Positions 27,944 through 39,047 of a stretch of DNA of 64,000 nt are shown here, one piece after another. A model generated the notes under the pieces. It did no database searches and was not told where the DNA came from. It was given only the letters and a program-made list of their open reading frames with translations. The stretch is taken from NCBI GenBank assembly GCA_903890485.1, contig CAITBM010000006.1, positions 11,901 through 75,900 of the forward strand. Reading direction: 5' to 3'. The position numbers and the translations under genes were made by a program. The DNA is from an uncultured Opitutaceae bacterium. GTDB lineage: Bacteria; Verrucomicrobiota; Verrucomicrobiia; Opitutales; Opitutaceae. Each line of letters begins with the position of its first letter. Within the stretch, counting starts at the first letter, position 1.

Positions 27944-29095
27944 CTATCGTTTCAGCTTTAGCAGGCACTCCCCGGCCGCGTGCAGGGTCTCGGGCTTCTT
28001 CGCAAAGTTGAGCCGGATAAACCGGTTCTCGCCGTTCTCAAAGAAACTCGACCCGGGAACGGGCGCGACTCCCACCTCCTTGGTCATCCAATGGGCAAAC
28101 TCCACATCGCTCTTCCACCCGAAACCGGAAATATCGACCATCACGAAGTAGGCCCCCTCGGGGCGGGTGTAGGAAAGCCCCGCCCGGTCGAGGTACCCAA
28201 GCAGGATATCCCGGGAGAGGCCGTAGGTTGCGGCCAACTCCTTGTAGTAGGAGTCGGGGTATCCGAGGGCGGACGCAACGGCGTGCTGCAGGGGCGCAGC
28301 CGCCCCCACGGTCAGGAAATCGTGGACCTTGCGCGCCTGCGCGATGACAGCCTGGTCGGCGTAAACATAGCCGATGCGCCATCCCGTTATCGAGAAAGTC
28401 TTCGACAGGGAGGAGCACATCAGTGTCCGCCGCGCCATGCCTGGGAGGGCTGAGAAATAGGTGTGCTGGTGAGGCGGATAGACGATGTGCTCATACACCT
28501 CGTCAGTCAGGACAAAGACGTCGAACTCCTCCGCGAGCGCGGCGATGGCGAGGAGCTCCTTCCTTGTGAAAACTCTGCCGCAGGGGTTTGAGGGATTGCA
28601 CAGCACAAATGCCTTCAGGCCGGTGCTGAACGCCCGCCGAAGCTCGTCCGGGTCGAACTGGTAGTGCGGCGGGTGGAGGGGCACATGGACGGGACGGGCC
28701 CCGCAGAGGATCGCATCCGCCGAGTAGTTTTCGTAAAAAGGGGAGAACAGGCCGACCCTGTCGCCAGGATCGCAGACGGTCATCATGGCGACCATCATTG
28801 CCTCGGTGGCTCCACAGGTGACGACAAGCTCCGTGGCCTCGTCCACCGGCAGACCGGTAAAGCGCCTTAGCTTCGTCGCAAGCGCCGAGCGCAGCTCAGG
28901 GGCGCCCCAAGTGATCGCATACTGGTGCCGGCCGGCATCCATGGCATCCTTCCCTGCCTGGACAAGAGCCGCAGGGGGATCAAAATCGGGGAATCCCTGC
29001 GCCAGGTTGATCGCCCCGTGGCGCTGCGCAACACGGGTCATCTCGCGAATCAGCGACTCCGAGAAGACCGAGGTGCGTTCGGACGTGCGGGCCAT
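27944..29095 (-). CDS. PLP-dependent aminotransferase, class I/II
   Basis: Motifs are INLAQGFPDF and NPSNPCGRVF, plus the PLP-lysine motif SLSKTFSITGWRIGY. Confidence 0.85.
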   Translation of the reverse strand: MARTSERTSVFSESLIREMTRVAQRHGAINLAQGFPDFDPPAALVQAGKDAMDAGRHQYAITWGAPELRSALATKLRRFTGLPVDEATELVVTCGATEAMMVAMMTVCDPGDRVGLFSPFYENYSADAILCGARPVHVPLHPPHYQFDPDELRRAFSTGLKAFVLCNPSNPCGRVFTRKELLAIAALAEEFDVFVLTDEVYEHIVYPPHQHTYFSALPGMARRTLMCSSLSKTFSITGWRIGYVYADQAVIAQARKVHDFLTVGAAAPLQHAVASALGYPDSYYKELAATYGLSRDILLGYLDRAGLSYTRPEGAYFVMVDISGFGWKSDVEFAHWMTKEVGVAPVPGSSFFENGENRFIRLNFAKKPETLHAAGECLLKLKR

Positions 29096-29161
29096 GGAGG
29101 GAGGCGGCGAGTCTCAGGCCCCTATGCCCGGCTGCAAGGCGATTTAGCCTGGGTCGTTGCC

Positions 29162-29725
29162 CTACCGGGCACCCAGCTTTGCACAAAGCCCCTCGACAAG
29201 CGCCGTCGCCTGGAGATCGAGGTGCCGGGAAGGGTCCTGAGGCTGCGATGCCTTGAACTGCGCATCAGCTTTGCCCAGTGACGCGGCAAGGAATGCCTCC
29301 TTGGCCTCATGCATGGCGCCACTAGCCGTCAGCTCCTTCGCCGTTCCCGGCTTCCCTGCAAAACGGGAGGTGAGGTCGTCACCAACCCAGACGCGCCAGT
29401 CCGGGTCGTCGGCAAAATAGACGATCAGAACGCCCGTCTGGGCAATGCCCAGCCGGGTGGCGATGCCGTTCATGTACACTCCGGGACGGCTGTCCTCCTG
29501 GGCCGAGGGCGACTTGAGGTGAAACTGGAGCATGATCCGAATTCCGGAGGCGGCCTCAACTGCCTCCAGTCGGTGCTCCATGCCCGAGGCCCATGCGGTG
29601 TCGACCGTCGCCAGGCGGCCCGGGTCGTCGACGTGGACCGGCTGGGGCTCGTTGGGGGCCGAAAGGGCATTTAGTGCCCCAAGCATGACGGACAAGGCGA
29701 CAAGTCGGGAAGTCTTGGAGGCCAT
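29162..29725 (-). CDS. secreted hypothetical protein (weakly TPM-domain-like)
   Basis: A signal peptide starts at MASKTSRLVALSVMLGALNALSA. The segment GVLIVYFADDPDWRVWVGDDL is reminiscent of TPM domains. Confidence 0.45.
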   Translation of the reverse strand: MASKTSRLVALSVMLGALNALSAPNEPQPVHVDDPGRLATVDTAWASGMEHRLEAVEAASGIRIMLQFHLKSPSAQEDSRPGVYMNGIATRLGIAQTGVLIVYFADDPDWRVWVGDDLTSRFAGKPGTAKELTASGAMHEAKEAFLAASLGKADAQFKASQPQDPSRHLDLQATALVEGLCAKLGAR

Positions 29726-29806
29726 TGGTGGCACACTCTGCCAACTATGCTTGGGGTGCAATTCAAAGCCGGTCGCCCCGGAAAAGTGCAAGGGCCCTCA
29801 CAGGGC

Positions 29807-30457
29807 CTACTCAACGCCTAGGCCTGCCCCGACAGCCCCAAGGTCCGCGAAGACCTGGTCGGCTCCAGCCGCACGAAGCTCCTCCCCGGAGTGTGTGCCC
29901 GTGGTCACGACCCAGCAGGGAAACCCCCCGTTGTGCGCCGCATCGATGTCGAAGGGGGAGTCCCCGACCAACATTGAGGATTCCGGCACGCCGCCGAGCG
30001 CCTCAAGCGCATGAAGGCTAAGTTGGCGCTCGGGCTTCAGCCAGGGCGTGTCGCCCGCACCAATCACGGAGCGCAGGTAAGGCGAGAAACCGAGCTTATC
30101 ACAGATCAGCCTGGACGACCCTCCCACCTTGTTGGTTAGGACGCCAAGCGCCGCCCCTTTCCGGTGGAGGCCCCTGAGAAGCTTGAGTGCCCCAGGCATG
30201 GCCTCGACGTCGTCGAGCATGGTCCTGTTCCAATATTCCCGATAGATCCCAAGCGTCATTTGTAGCTTTTCCGGCGGGACAAACTTTGAGAGGGCATGCT
30301 CGAGGCCGCCCCCGATCGCGTCCCTAACCTGCTGGGGTGTGGGCTCGGGAAGCCCCACCAAAGGCAAGGTATGGGCGTAGCAGCGATGGATCGCCTTGAA
30401 ATGGTCGACAAGGGTGCCGTCGAGATCGAAGAGATAAGTGTTGAATGTGCGAATCAC
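29807..30457 (-). CDS. HAD-family hydrolase (phosphoglycolate phosphatase-like)
   Basis: Motif I is YLFDLDGTLVD, motif II is LTNK, and motif IV is VGDSPFDIDAA. Confidence 0.85.
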   Translation of the reverse strand: MIRTFNTYLFDLDGTLVDHFKAIHRCYAHTLPLVGLPEPTPQQVRDAIGGGLEHALSKFVPPEKLQMTLGIYREYWNRTMLDDVEAMPGALKLLRGLHRKGAALGVLTNKVGGSSRLICDKLGFSPYLRSVIGAGDTPWLKPERQLSLHALEALGGVPESSMLVGDSPFDIDAAHNGGFPCWVVTTGTHSGEELRAAGADQVFADLGAVGAGLGVE

Positions 30458-30693
30458 AGGGAACCTGACCGATTAGCAGGTAAGCAGACTTTGCGCCACC
30501 GTTACTCTGCTTGCCCTCCCCAAATTGATGACGGGAATGCGCGGGTGTAATACCCGTTGGCACGTGACGAATTCCGGGAATTGAGGTTCGCCAGCTCAAA
30601 CCCGAGGGGACACGCTCCGGTCGCAAGTCGGTGCCGCCGCGCGCACCCCCGGCTAGCGGAACCACTCGGCTTGCCCCCTAACCCCTGCCCCCC

Positions 30694-32541
30694 ATGCGCA
30701 TCATCCCTCGCCTCCAAGCCTCCCATGCCGCAAAGGCGCTCAAGCTCCTTGCCTTCGTTTTGTTGCTGGTCTCGGTCCTCATTGCACCCAGGCCGCTTTC
30801 GGCCCAAGCCACGGAGGGCGGACCCCGATGGGCGCACATCAAAACGGCTCTCTTTTGCACCAGCGAAGACGTAGAAGGCCTGCTCTCCAAGCCGGAGGAC
30901 CGCGCGGCGACCCTCAAGTACTTCTCCGCACTCCGGCTCTCCAAGCTTTACCTTGAAAACGGCAGCGCCGACGCGGCCGCCGTGCCCAAGCTCAGGGAAA
31001 CAGCGAAAGCCCTAAGGGCGCTGGGACTTGAGGTTTCGGGAGCGGTGGTGCCAGCCTCCGAGAAGGGACCGCTCTGCTACAACGACCCGAAGGACATGGC
31101 CTACCTAGAGGCGAAGGTCACCGTTCTGGCCCAGGTGTTTGACGAGATCATCGTCGACGACTGGTTGTTCACGAACTGCACCTGTGCCAAGTGCGTCGCG
31201 GGCCGGGGTGCAGACTCGTGGGCGGACTACCGAAGCCGACTCGTGGCCGAGCAGGCAAAGATCCACATGATCGACGCAGCGAGAAAGGTGAATCCCTCGG
31301 CGCGCATCATCATCAAATACCCGAACTGGTACGAGGGCCACCGCTACAACGGCTATGACGTGGCTCGGCAGACCCCCCAGTTCGCGGGCGTGAGCGTCGG
31401 GATCGAGACCCGCCAGCGCGCCTCCCATGACCAGCACATTCCGATCTACTCCGGCTACGTATTCCAGAAGTGGATCGGGGGCGATGCGGGCCCAAAATGG
31501 CGCAGCGCCTGGCTTGACAACTATGAGATGCAGGGAGCGGACAACGACTATGTGGCACAAGTCTGGCAGGCGGTCATGGCCCAGACACCCGAGATCATCT
31601 TCTGGTGCGCCGGGGTATTGCATCCTCCCGCACCATCTGCGTCCAACTACCCCCATTTGGCTGAAATGATGCCCGAGTTTGACCGCGTCGCCGGCCTCCT
31701 CGCGGGCGCGTCGCGGGGCATTCCCCTGCACTTGCCGATCGGGTCCACGGGTGAATATAACGTGTTCGGGCACCTGGGCATGATCGGGCTGCCCCTCGCC
31801 CCCACCGCCGCCTTCCCGACAGAATCAAGGTCGGCGATCTTCACCCTGCATTCACTCAGAGACCCGAATCTTGCAGCGGAGCTTTTGGCACGCATCCAAA
31901 CAGGAAAGGAGATCTTCCTCACAGGGCCTCTTTTTGCCGAGTTGAAGGGCAGCGAGGTGGGCAGGGCGATCAACGTGATCGCCGACGGGGGTACGGTCTC
32001 GTCGTCCACTTTCAGGGTTCGCAATGAGCGTTGGGGCAATAAACTTGTTCAGTCCCCGCGCAGTTTCGTGTTCCCCAAGATAGAGGTCTCAACGTGGCCC
32101 GACGTCCGCGAGGTGGGAGTCGTACGCGAGGACGCGGATTTCGGCGTGCTCCTTTCCAACTCCTATCTCGATGGCCGGGTGGATGTCCTTAATCTCCCCG
32201 ACAACACGTACGACCTTCTCAGCCTGCCGGAGCCCGTCCTGGACCTGATTCGCGCGCACTTCACTGAAGAGCTCGGGGTTCGACTGATGGGCCCAGGGGG
32301 CGTGGCACTCTACCTCTTCGGGTCCCACCAGTATGTCCTCTACAACATGACCGATTCCCCGGTGAAGGTCTCGCTGCGACTCCCCAAAGCCCAGGCCTCT
32401 TCCCAGTGGAAGGAGCTTGTGCACGGCAAGGGTCTCACGGTCACGACGGTGGATTTAGGCGAGGGCGCCTGGGCTACCCACGAGACGGATGTGGCCCTCA
32501 GTTTGAAGCCGTTTGAACTGGCGATCGTCGAGTCCCACTAG
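30694..32541 (+). CDS. large secreted/anchored hypothetical protein (possible TIM-barrel glycosidase-like + beta-sandwich)
   Basis: The N-terminal hydrophobic segment is LKLLAFVLLLVSVLIAP. The central region reads FDEIIVDDWLFTNCTCAKC..IIIKYPNWYEG. I recognise no named family. Confidence 0.6.
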   Translation: MRIIPRLQASHAAKALKLLAFVLLLVSVLIAPRPLSAQATEGGPRWAHIKTALFCTSEDVEGLLSKPEDRAATLKYFSALRLSKLYLENGSADAAAVPKLRETAKALRALGLEVSGAVVPASEKGPLCYNDPKDMAYLEAKVTVLAQVFDEIIVDDWLFTNCTCAKCVAGRGADSWADYRSRLVAEQAKIHMIDAARKVNPSARIIIKYPNWYEGHRYNGYDVARQTPQFAGVSVGIETRQRASHDQHIPIYSGYVFQKWIGGDAGPKWRSAWLDNYEMQGADNDYVAQVWQAVMAQTPEIIFWCAGVLHPPAPSASNYPHLAEMMPEFDRVAGLLAGASRGIPLHLPIGSTGEYNVFGHLGMIGLPLAPTAAFPTESRSAIFTLHSLRDPNLAAELLARIQTGKEIFLTGPLFAELKGSEVGRAINVIADGGTVSSSTFRVRNERWGNKLVQSPRSFVFPKIEVSTWPDVREVGVVREDADFGVLLSNSYLDGRVDVLNLPDNTYDLLSLPEPVLDLIRAHFTEELGVRLMGPGGVALYLFGSHQYVLYNMTDSPVKVSLRLPKAQASSQWKELVHGKGLTVTTVDLGEGAWATHETDVALSLKPFELAIVESH

Positions 32542-32559
32542 CACCCCTCATCCCGTAGC

Positions 32560-33900
32560 CTAGGCTCCCGATGCGAGGGCGGCCGCTATCTCCTTCATCT
32601 CGGCGCGGCGCAGCTTGTAGCTTCTGGCGACCAGGGCGCTGAGCGCGTAACACACGCCCGGGAAAAGCGTGAAGAGGGCTATGATGCAGCGCAGGGTGCC
32701 CGGGGACTGGGTAGCGCTTCCTGCCGCATACCCATAGGCCGCGAGTGCCCAGCCTATCACGGCGCCGCTTAGCGCCAGTCCAAGCTTCAGGACAAACAGC
32801 GTCCCGGCAAAACTGACGCCGGTAAGGCGCTTCCCAAACTTCCATTCGCCGTAGTCGACGGTGTCCGACATCATCACCCACTGGATGGGAGTGATCATCT
32901 GATGGAGCACCCCGATCAGGAAGATAAGGACAAACATGGGCGCATTCGCTCCCACCGGGGAAAAGAACATCCCAAGGCTAAGGGCGGCGAGGATGCCATT
33001 GGTCCAAGTAAAAACGGTCACCTTGCAGACCCGATCGGTGACCGGCTTTGTGAGGAGGCAGCCTAGGATGTTTCCCACTGAGTAGGTGGCTAGGAACGCA
33101 GTGAAGAGCCTGGATTCACCCAGGATATACGTCACGAAATACATCATGGCGCCCCCCCGCGTAGCCACGGCCAGGATGTTGAGAAGGGTAAGGCCCCCGA
33201 CAATCCGCCACTGGGCGTTCCCCACGATGTCCTTGATGTCCGCCCAGAACGAACTCGCCGTTTCCTTGCGGGGAGCGACCCTTTCGCGGGTCGATGCGAA
33301 GCAGACCACCAGCATCACGATCGCTACCAACGCAAGGATGGCGATCGCGCCCCGGTATCCAAAGGCCATGTCTGCCCCGCCGATCCATCCTGCTAGCGGC
33401 ACCATGAGGACGGTGCTCAGCATGCCACCGGCGGTCGCAAGAACGAACCGGTAGGACTGCAGGGAGATCCTCTGCGTCTCGTCCGACGTGATCACGCCCC
33501 CGAGAGCGCAGTAGGGAATGTTCACAACGGTGTACATGAGCGTGAGCAGCGTGTAGGTGACCGCGGCAAAAACCATCCTCCCATTGACACCGAGATTCGG
33601 GGTTGAATAAGCCAACACGCAGCTCAGGCCAAACGGGATGGCACCCCAGAGGATGTAGGGCCTGAATTTGCCCCAGCGGGTGTGGGTCCTGTCGGCAAAC
33701 CAGCCCATGACCGGATCACTGACGGCGTCCAAGGCGCGGGCCGCGAGGAAGATGCTGCCGACGAAGGCCGCCGGCAACTTGAACACATCGGTGTAAAAGA
33801 ACGCCATGTAGAACATGACATTGTCGAAGACGATGTGGCTCGCCGCGTCGCCGAGGCCGTAGCCGATCTTTTCCCTGGCCGAAAGGGGTGTGGTGTCCAT
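32560..33900 (-). CDS. GPH-family glycoside:cation symporter (second copy)
   Basis: Motifs are LSAREKIGYGLGDAASHIVFDN and the GPH signature FADRTHTRWGKFRPY. The start is taken at MDTTPL. Confidence 0.85.
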   Translation of the reverse strand: MDTTPLSAREKIGYGLGDAASHIVFDNVMFYMAFFYTDVFKLPAAFVGSIFLAARALDAVSDPVMGWFADRTHTRWGKFRPYILWGAIPFGLSCVLAYSTPNLGVNGRMVFAAVTYTLLTLMYTVVNIPYCALGGVITSDETQRISLQSYRFVLATAGGMLSTVLMVPLAGWIGGADMAFGYRGAIAILALVAIVMLVVCFASTRERVAPRKETASSFWADIKDIVGNAQWRIVGGLTLLNILAVATRGGAMMYFVTYILGESRLFTAFLATYSVGNILGCLLTKPVTDRVCKVTVFTWTNGILAALSLGMFFSPVGANAPMFVLIFLIGVLHQMITPIQWVMMSDTVDYGEWKFGKRLTGVSFAGTLFVLKLGLALSGAVIGWALAAYGYAAGSATQSPGTLRCIIALFTLFPGVCYALSALVARSYKLRRAEMKEIAAALASGA

Positions 33901-34355
33901 GGGGAAGGGTCGCGCGAACCGGGCCGCAGCAACGGGAGAAAGTGCCCTTCCCGGAGGCCGGGACGCAAGCCTGCCAAATCCCGGACTCGCACGCCTTACC
34001 AACCCCGGGGTTACAGGGCGGGGATTCAACGGACTGATGCCGCAGCGGCGACTGGTCCTCCCCTCAGGGACCAAGGACCGAGGTTCGCGGACCAACCGCA
34101 GCGATGTCTTCATATGAATGGGGCTAAGTGTTTTGTCGGATAACTGCTTAGTGATTGCCCATTTTTATAAACGGCGACGTAGCACGGGTAAGTTGGGCTA
34201 CTGTTTTCCCGGAGGTCCGAATCGTCTCGCTAACCTCCCCAGAAATCGTGGTTGATTGACCTGCTAGCGGATGGCGTCCGGGGCACAGTTCTGGTCCCGC
34301 TTTGGGTCCAGTTCGGTGGTTCCGCCCAACCAGACGCAAGCGGAGAACCTAGAAC

Positions 34356-34811
34356 ATGCCTCCCATCAGCCAACTCGTTCCCGCGCTCCAACTCGCGATC
34401 GGCCCGGTCATCCTCATTTCCGGTGTCGGCCTCCTGCTCCTGAGTTTCACCAACCGCTTCGGGCGGCTGTTGGACAGGGCCAGGTTGCTCAACAAGGAGC
34501 TGCATGCGGAGCATCCGAATTCGGCCAAGCTGCGCAGCCAGATCGCCTTCCTGCACAAGCGTGCGAGCATCCTGCGCCTCTCGATCCTGCTTGGGGCCAT
34601 TACTGTCCTGATGGCAGCGTGCCTTATCTTCGGGTTGTTCGTCGGCGCCGTGCTCAAGATCGACCTCGGCTGGGCCATTGTCATCTTTTTTTGTGTCTCC
34701 CAGCTGACCCTAATCGGATCCATACTCTCGTTCATGAGGGAGATGAATCTTTCCCTGACGGCCTTCCGTCTCGACATTGGCGTGGTGGAACCCGACCAGG
34801 AAGCCAACTAG
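34356..34811 (+). CDS. DUF2721-family membrane protein
   Basis: The N-terminus ISQLVPALQLAIGPVILISGVGLLLLSFTNRFGRLLDRAR is typical of DUF2721. Confidence 0.65.
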   Translation: MPPISQLVPALQLAIGPVILISGVGLLLLSFTNRFGRLLDRARLLNKELHAEHPNSAKLRSQIAFLHKRASILRLSILLGAITVLMAACLIFGLFVGAVLKIDLGWAIVIFFCVSQLTLIGSILSFMREMNLSLTAFRLDIGVVEPDQEAN

Positions 34812-34958
34812 TCCCGGCTAGCGCACTCGGGGAAGGTAGCGGCCCGGGTGCCGACGCTCGTGTCCTCGGGCCCATGACGGCCTGCTTGCGGAAGGTCAGG
34901 GTCCGGGTTCACACTCCCCTAACCCGCCCCTGCGCCGAATGCCCGGGGAAACAACCCC

Positions 34959-37532
34959 ATGAAGACTTCCACCCTGTGGTCCGTCGGCTGCCTTTTTGGC
35001 AGCTGCATCCTTTCATTCCTAGCCCCGCAACTTGACGCGCAGCTCGCCAGCGCACCCATCCTGCTGCTTCCCGGAGGTGGCGACGGTCGGCCAACGGAGG
35101 TCGAACGCGCCAAGCCGCTCGACATGCTCGTGGTGAGCGCCGCCAAGGGCACCGTCGAGGTCCGCGATGCCGCAAACCGCGTCTATTACTCCGGGCCGAT
35201 CGACGGCACCCAGAGCTTCAGGGTCGGCGGCGCGCTTGGCCGGCACACGGTTATCTTGCGCGATGCAGCGGGCAGGGAGACCGGGCGGACCGCGTTCGTC
35301 GTCGATGCCCAGACGGACATCGACGACGGAGGGAAGTACCGGGACATGTTCAAGCTGTTCCGGGCCGGCATGAGCGCAGACTACCCCGGCGGAGTCTTGA
35401 CCACCGAATGGAACGGCAAGCTCTATCACATGTTCGTGACCTGGGTCCTGGACAACTACCACACGGCGAAAGGCATGAAGTACTTCAGTCCCTATGGCAC
35501 TGAGTTCGTCGACATGATGCGGGGGGCTCAACGCGAGGACGGGATGATCTGGAGCAACATCAATCCGGGAGACGCCGTTGCCTACTACAAGACCGCCTAC
35601 GGCCCCTTTGGCTATGTCCGCCAGATTGGCGACCGCTACTTCGTCCGTCAGCCAGCGGAAAACCACCCCGAGTACGTTTATGTGAGCACCATCTACCAGG
35701 CCTGGAAGGCCTGCGGCGACGACGCGTGGATGGCCAGGTGCCTCTCGTCCGCAATGCGCGCGCTGGATTACTGCGTCAACGACCCCGCCCGCTGGAGCGA
35801 GCGCTATCAATTGCTAAAACGTGTCTACACGATCGACTCCTGGGATTTCCAGGTCGATGACGCCTACACTCCCCATATCGGGCTCACCGACACGATGCTG
35901 ATCGATCCCAAGAAATCCAAGTTCGGGGTGTTTTTTGGAGACAATGTCTACTATGCCGCGGCGTGCACCGAGTTGTGCGAGATGCTCTCACACACCGGCG
36001 ACACCGCGAACGCGGCGAAATACGCCAGCCGGGGCGCGGAGATCCGCTCGCGGCTCGACCACCTTTCCTGGAATGGTCGCTTTTTCACCCATTTCATCGA
36101 CGAGGATCCCACCGTGAAGCGCGATCTTGGCGTCGACGAGAGGTCTCAGCTGGCGCAGGGAAACGCCTATGCGCTGAACCGGGGCGTGGACCAGAGACAG
36201 GCCGAGGCTATCATCCGGACCTACATGGACCTTCGGGATCATCTGCCCGTGGGGTCGCCGGGCGAATGGTACGCGATCTATCCCCCGTTCCAGCGGGGTT
36301 TCGGGCATCACAACGATGTCTGGCAATACATGAACGGCGGCGTAGGGGGCCATGTCGCTGGAGAACTTGCACGGGGGGCTTTCGAAAACGGGTTTGAGCC
36401 CTACGCGCGGGATATCCTAGACCGCCTGACCGACCTCGGCCGTGCCCATGGGAACAAGATCTCGTTTGCCTACACCGGATCGATCCCACCGGCTCCGCCT
36501 CCCCCCACCTTCACAACCGTGGACCTGTCGGGCTTTGCCAATATGGATACCGAGGACAAGGGAGGCCCGAAGTCATCTCCCTGGATGCTCATGGGAAAGC
36601 CCGGTGATGACATCCGGGGCCTCCCCACGGGCACCCAGTCCCTGGCCGACATCCCTTTCAGGATCGCGGACCCAAAGGCGAACGAGCGCAGGGTGGCGGT
36701 AGCCGTTTCCCGCCAGAAAGGCCTTCCCCATGAAATGGACGTGCCAGTGGGTTCAAGGGCCGGATGCGTCTACCTCCTGCACACCTCGACAAAACCCTCC
36801 TCGGAGGGGATCTGCGGGACCGTGGAATTCCTCTATGACGACGCCTCGCGAAGCGTCCAGTACGTTGTGATGGGGAAACAGCTGACCTATTGGTGGTTTC
36901 CGGAGCTCAAGACGGAATCCTCGGGGGTTGCATGGCACGGGCCGAGCCCAGTTGCAGCCGACGTCGGCGTGTCCTGGTGCGCGATCGACAACCCCCACCC
37001 GGAGAAACCCATCTCGTCCGTGCGACTCGTTGCCCCAGAGGACCAGGGGATCTACACGGTGCTCGCCCTGACACTGGCCGACACCGCCCACTACGTCGCA
37101 CCTAATCCGGTGTCCTACGGCGGACCCGACAACTGGGCCGCTGCGACAGCGATGGCCGCGATGATAGAGGGACTTGCGGGCGTCAAGGATGGGGCAGCAA
37201 CCGGGACATTCTCGCACCCCGTCGTATCTCCACGTTGGGACCTTGGTGTTGCCAGGGCGGTCACCGCTACAGTGAGGTATCCTGCATCCAAGGGCTACGT
37301 TGCCTACCGCTTCGAGAATTCGCCGCAGTTGAGGGAGATCACGGTCCTGATCACAGGGGGATCGGATTCAATGGACGGACACTTCCCGCTTCCCGTTGGG
37401 GTCGCGGACGTGAGGTCCGTGGACGTAGACGGCGCCGACGTCGCCTACCATGTCAACTGGGTCTCATCCTCGAGCTACGTGGACGTTGCGCTGGACACCA
37501 AGGCCGTGAGGACGATCCGCATCCGATACTGA
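34959..37532 (+). CDS. large secreted hypothetical protein (possible (alpha/alpha)6-barrel glycosidase-like core + beta-sandwich domains)
   Basis: The signal peptide is MKTSTLWSVGCLFGSCILSFLAPQLDAQ. The central segment WYAIYPPFQRGFGHHNDVWQYMNGGVGGHVAGELARGAF recalls toroid-fold hydrolases. No family is named. Confidence 0.6.
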   Translation: MKTSTLWSVGCLFGSCILSFLAPQLDAQLASAPILLLPGGGDGRPTEVERAKPLDMLVVSAAKGTVEVRDAANRVYYSGPIDGTQSFRVGGALGRHTVILRDAAGRETGRTAFVVDAQTDIDDGGKYRDMFKLFRAGMSADYPGGVLTTEWNGKLYHMFVTWVLDNYHTAKGMKYFSPYGTEFVDMMRGAQREDGMIWSNINPGDAVAYYKTAYGPFGYVRQIGDRYFVRQPAENHPEYVYVSTIYQAWKACGDDAWMARCLSSAMRALDYCVNDPARWSERYQLLKRVYTIDSWDFQVDDAYTPHIGLTDTMLIDPKKSKFGVFFGDNVYYAAACTELCEMLSHTGDTANAAKYASRGAEIRSRLDHLSWNGRFFTHFIDEDPTVKRDLGVDERSQLAQGNAYALNRGVDQRQAEAIIRTYMDLRDHLPVGSPGEWYAIYPPFQRGFGHHNDVWQYMNGGVGGHVAGELARGAFENGFEPYARDILDRLTDLGRAHGNKISFAYTGSIPPAPPPPTFTTVDLSGFANMDTEDKGGPKSSPWMLMGKPGDDIRGLPTGTQSLADIPFRIADPKANERRVAVAVSRQKGLPHEMDVPVGSRAGCVYLLHTSTKPSSEGICGTVEFLYDDASRSVQYVVMGKQLTYWWFPELKTESSGVAWHGPSPVAADVGVSWCAIDNPHPEKPISSVRLVAPEDQGIYTVLALTLADTAHYVAPNPVSYGGPDNWAAATAMAAMIEGLAGVKDGAATGTFSHPVVSPRWDLGVARAVTATVRYPASKGYVAYRFENSPQLREITVLITGGSDSMDGHFPLPVGVADVRSVDVDGADVAYHVNWVSSSSYVDVALDTKAVRTIRIRY

Positions 37533-37548
37533 CGCCGCCGACCGTCGC

Positions 37549-39027
37549 CTAGCCGGCGAACAAATCCACAAACTCTCGGACGGGCATCGTCTCGAGCCGG
37601 GCTGGGGAAGAGAAGATCCCCATGATCCACGCTGCTCGTTCGTCCCCAAGCCGGAGGCGAAAGGCCGCCTCGGCCTTTTTTATCAACAGGGGAATTCCCT
37701 CACCGCGTCGGCGCCTGTGCCCGATTGGAAAATGGACCTCGATGCGCTCCGTCTTCGAGCCGTCGCTGAAGAACACCTGCACTGAGTTGGCAATCGAACG
37801 TTTCTCGGGATCGAGGTAGTCCCTGGAATACTGCGGGTCCTCGGAAATCGTCATCTTGGCCCGCATCTCGTCGATCCTAGGGTCCTGGGCAACCTGGTCC
37901 TCGTAATCGTCGGCAGTGAGGTTTCCGAAGATCAGGCCGATCGCCGTCATGTACTGGATGCAGTGGTCCCTGTCCGCCGGGTTGTGGAGGGGCCCTTTCT
38001 TGTCGATGATGCGGATCGCGGACTCATGCGTCGTCAGCTCGACACGCGTTACCTTCTCCAGCCTGTGGCCCACAAGGGGATGAAGGCGTACCGCGCATTC
38101 CACGGCCGTCTGCGCATGGAACTCGGCCGGGAACGAAATCTTGAAAAGCACATTTTCCATCACATAGCTGCCGAGGGGTCTCGCGAGTCGGACCGGGGCG
38201 CCCCTAAAGGAGACATCCTGGAAGCCCCACGTCTTAGCGGAAAGAACGGAGGGGTAGCCCATCTCGCCGGTCATCGCGATAAGCGCGAGGCGGACTCCCC
38301 GGCTAGTCGCATCCCCTGCGGCCCACGATTTTCGGGAACCTGTGTTCGGCGCATGGCGATAGGTGCGAAGCGCCGATCCATCGAGCCACGCGTGCGACAC
38401 CGCGTTGACCACCTGCTCCCTTGTTGCCCCAAGCATCGCGGCAGCCACCGCGGTCGAAGCGACGCGGACCAGAAGCACGTGGTCGAGCCCCACCCGGTTG
38501 AACGAGTTCTCAAGCGCCAGGATGCCCTGGATCTCGTGGGCCCTTATCATGGCGGCGAGCACATCGCCAACGGTGAGGCCCGGGCGTCCCTGGTCGAAGG
38601 AAGTGCCGAAGGCTCCCACTGCGGTGCCGGCAGCCGCGTTGCGGTCGAGCCAGTCGGCGGTCGCCAGGATCGCGCCCAGATTGTCCGAAGGATGGCCCCA
38701 TTCGGCGGCAAGCCAGGTGTCGTTGAAATCGAGCCACCGGACAAGGGTTCCGATATTGAAAGCCGCCTGGACGGGATCGAGCTCGAAGGCCGTCCCGGGA
38801 ACCCGTGCCCCGTTTTCAATCCGGGTGCCCGGCACGACCGGCCCTAGGAGCTTTGTGCACGCGGGGTACTCCAGCGCCAGCATCCCGCACGCAAGGGTAT
38901 CGGCAAGGCACCAGCGGGCCGTGCTGCGGGCCTCATCACCCGCAGGGTCCCGACTCAGGGCATAGTTCGCGATGTCCACCAGGAGCTGGTCAGGCGGTGG
39001 GCGCTCATTTGAGACAGGCGAGGACAT
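37549..39027 (-). CDS. prpD: 2-methylcitrate dehydratase (MmgE/PrpD family)
   Basis: Length and sequence are PrpD-like throughout. It is the last gene of the prpB-prpC-prpD string. Confidence 0.9.
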   Translation of the reverse strand: MSSPVSNERPPPDQLLVDIANYALSRDPAGDEARSTARWCLADTLACGMLALEYPACTKLLGPVVPGTRIENGARVPGTAFELDPVQAAFNIGTLVRWLDFNDTWLAAEWGHPSDNLGAILATADWLDRNAAAGTAVGAFGTSFDQGRPGLTVGDVLAAMIRAHEIQGILALENSFNRVGLDHVLLVRVASTAVAAAMLGATREQVVNAVSHAWLDGSALRTYRHAPNTGSRKSWAAGDATSRGVRLALIAMTGEMGYPSVLSAKTWGFQDVSFRGAPVRLARPLGSYVMENVLFKISFPAEFHAQTAVECAVRLHPLVGHRLEKVTRVELTTHESAIRIIDKKGPLHNPADRDHCIQYMTAIGLIFGNLTADDYEDQVAQDPRIDEMRAKMTISEDPQYSRDYLDPEKRSIANSVQVFFSDGSKTERIEVHFPIGHRRRRGEGIPLLIKKAEAAFRLRLGDERAAWIMGIFSSPARLETMPVREFVDLFAG

Positions 39028-39047
39028 GGAAAAAGACGGCCGGGGCG

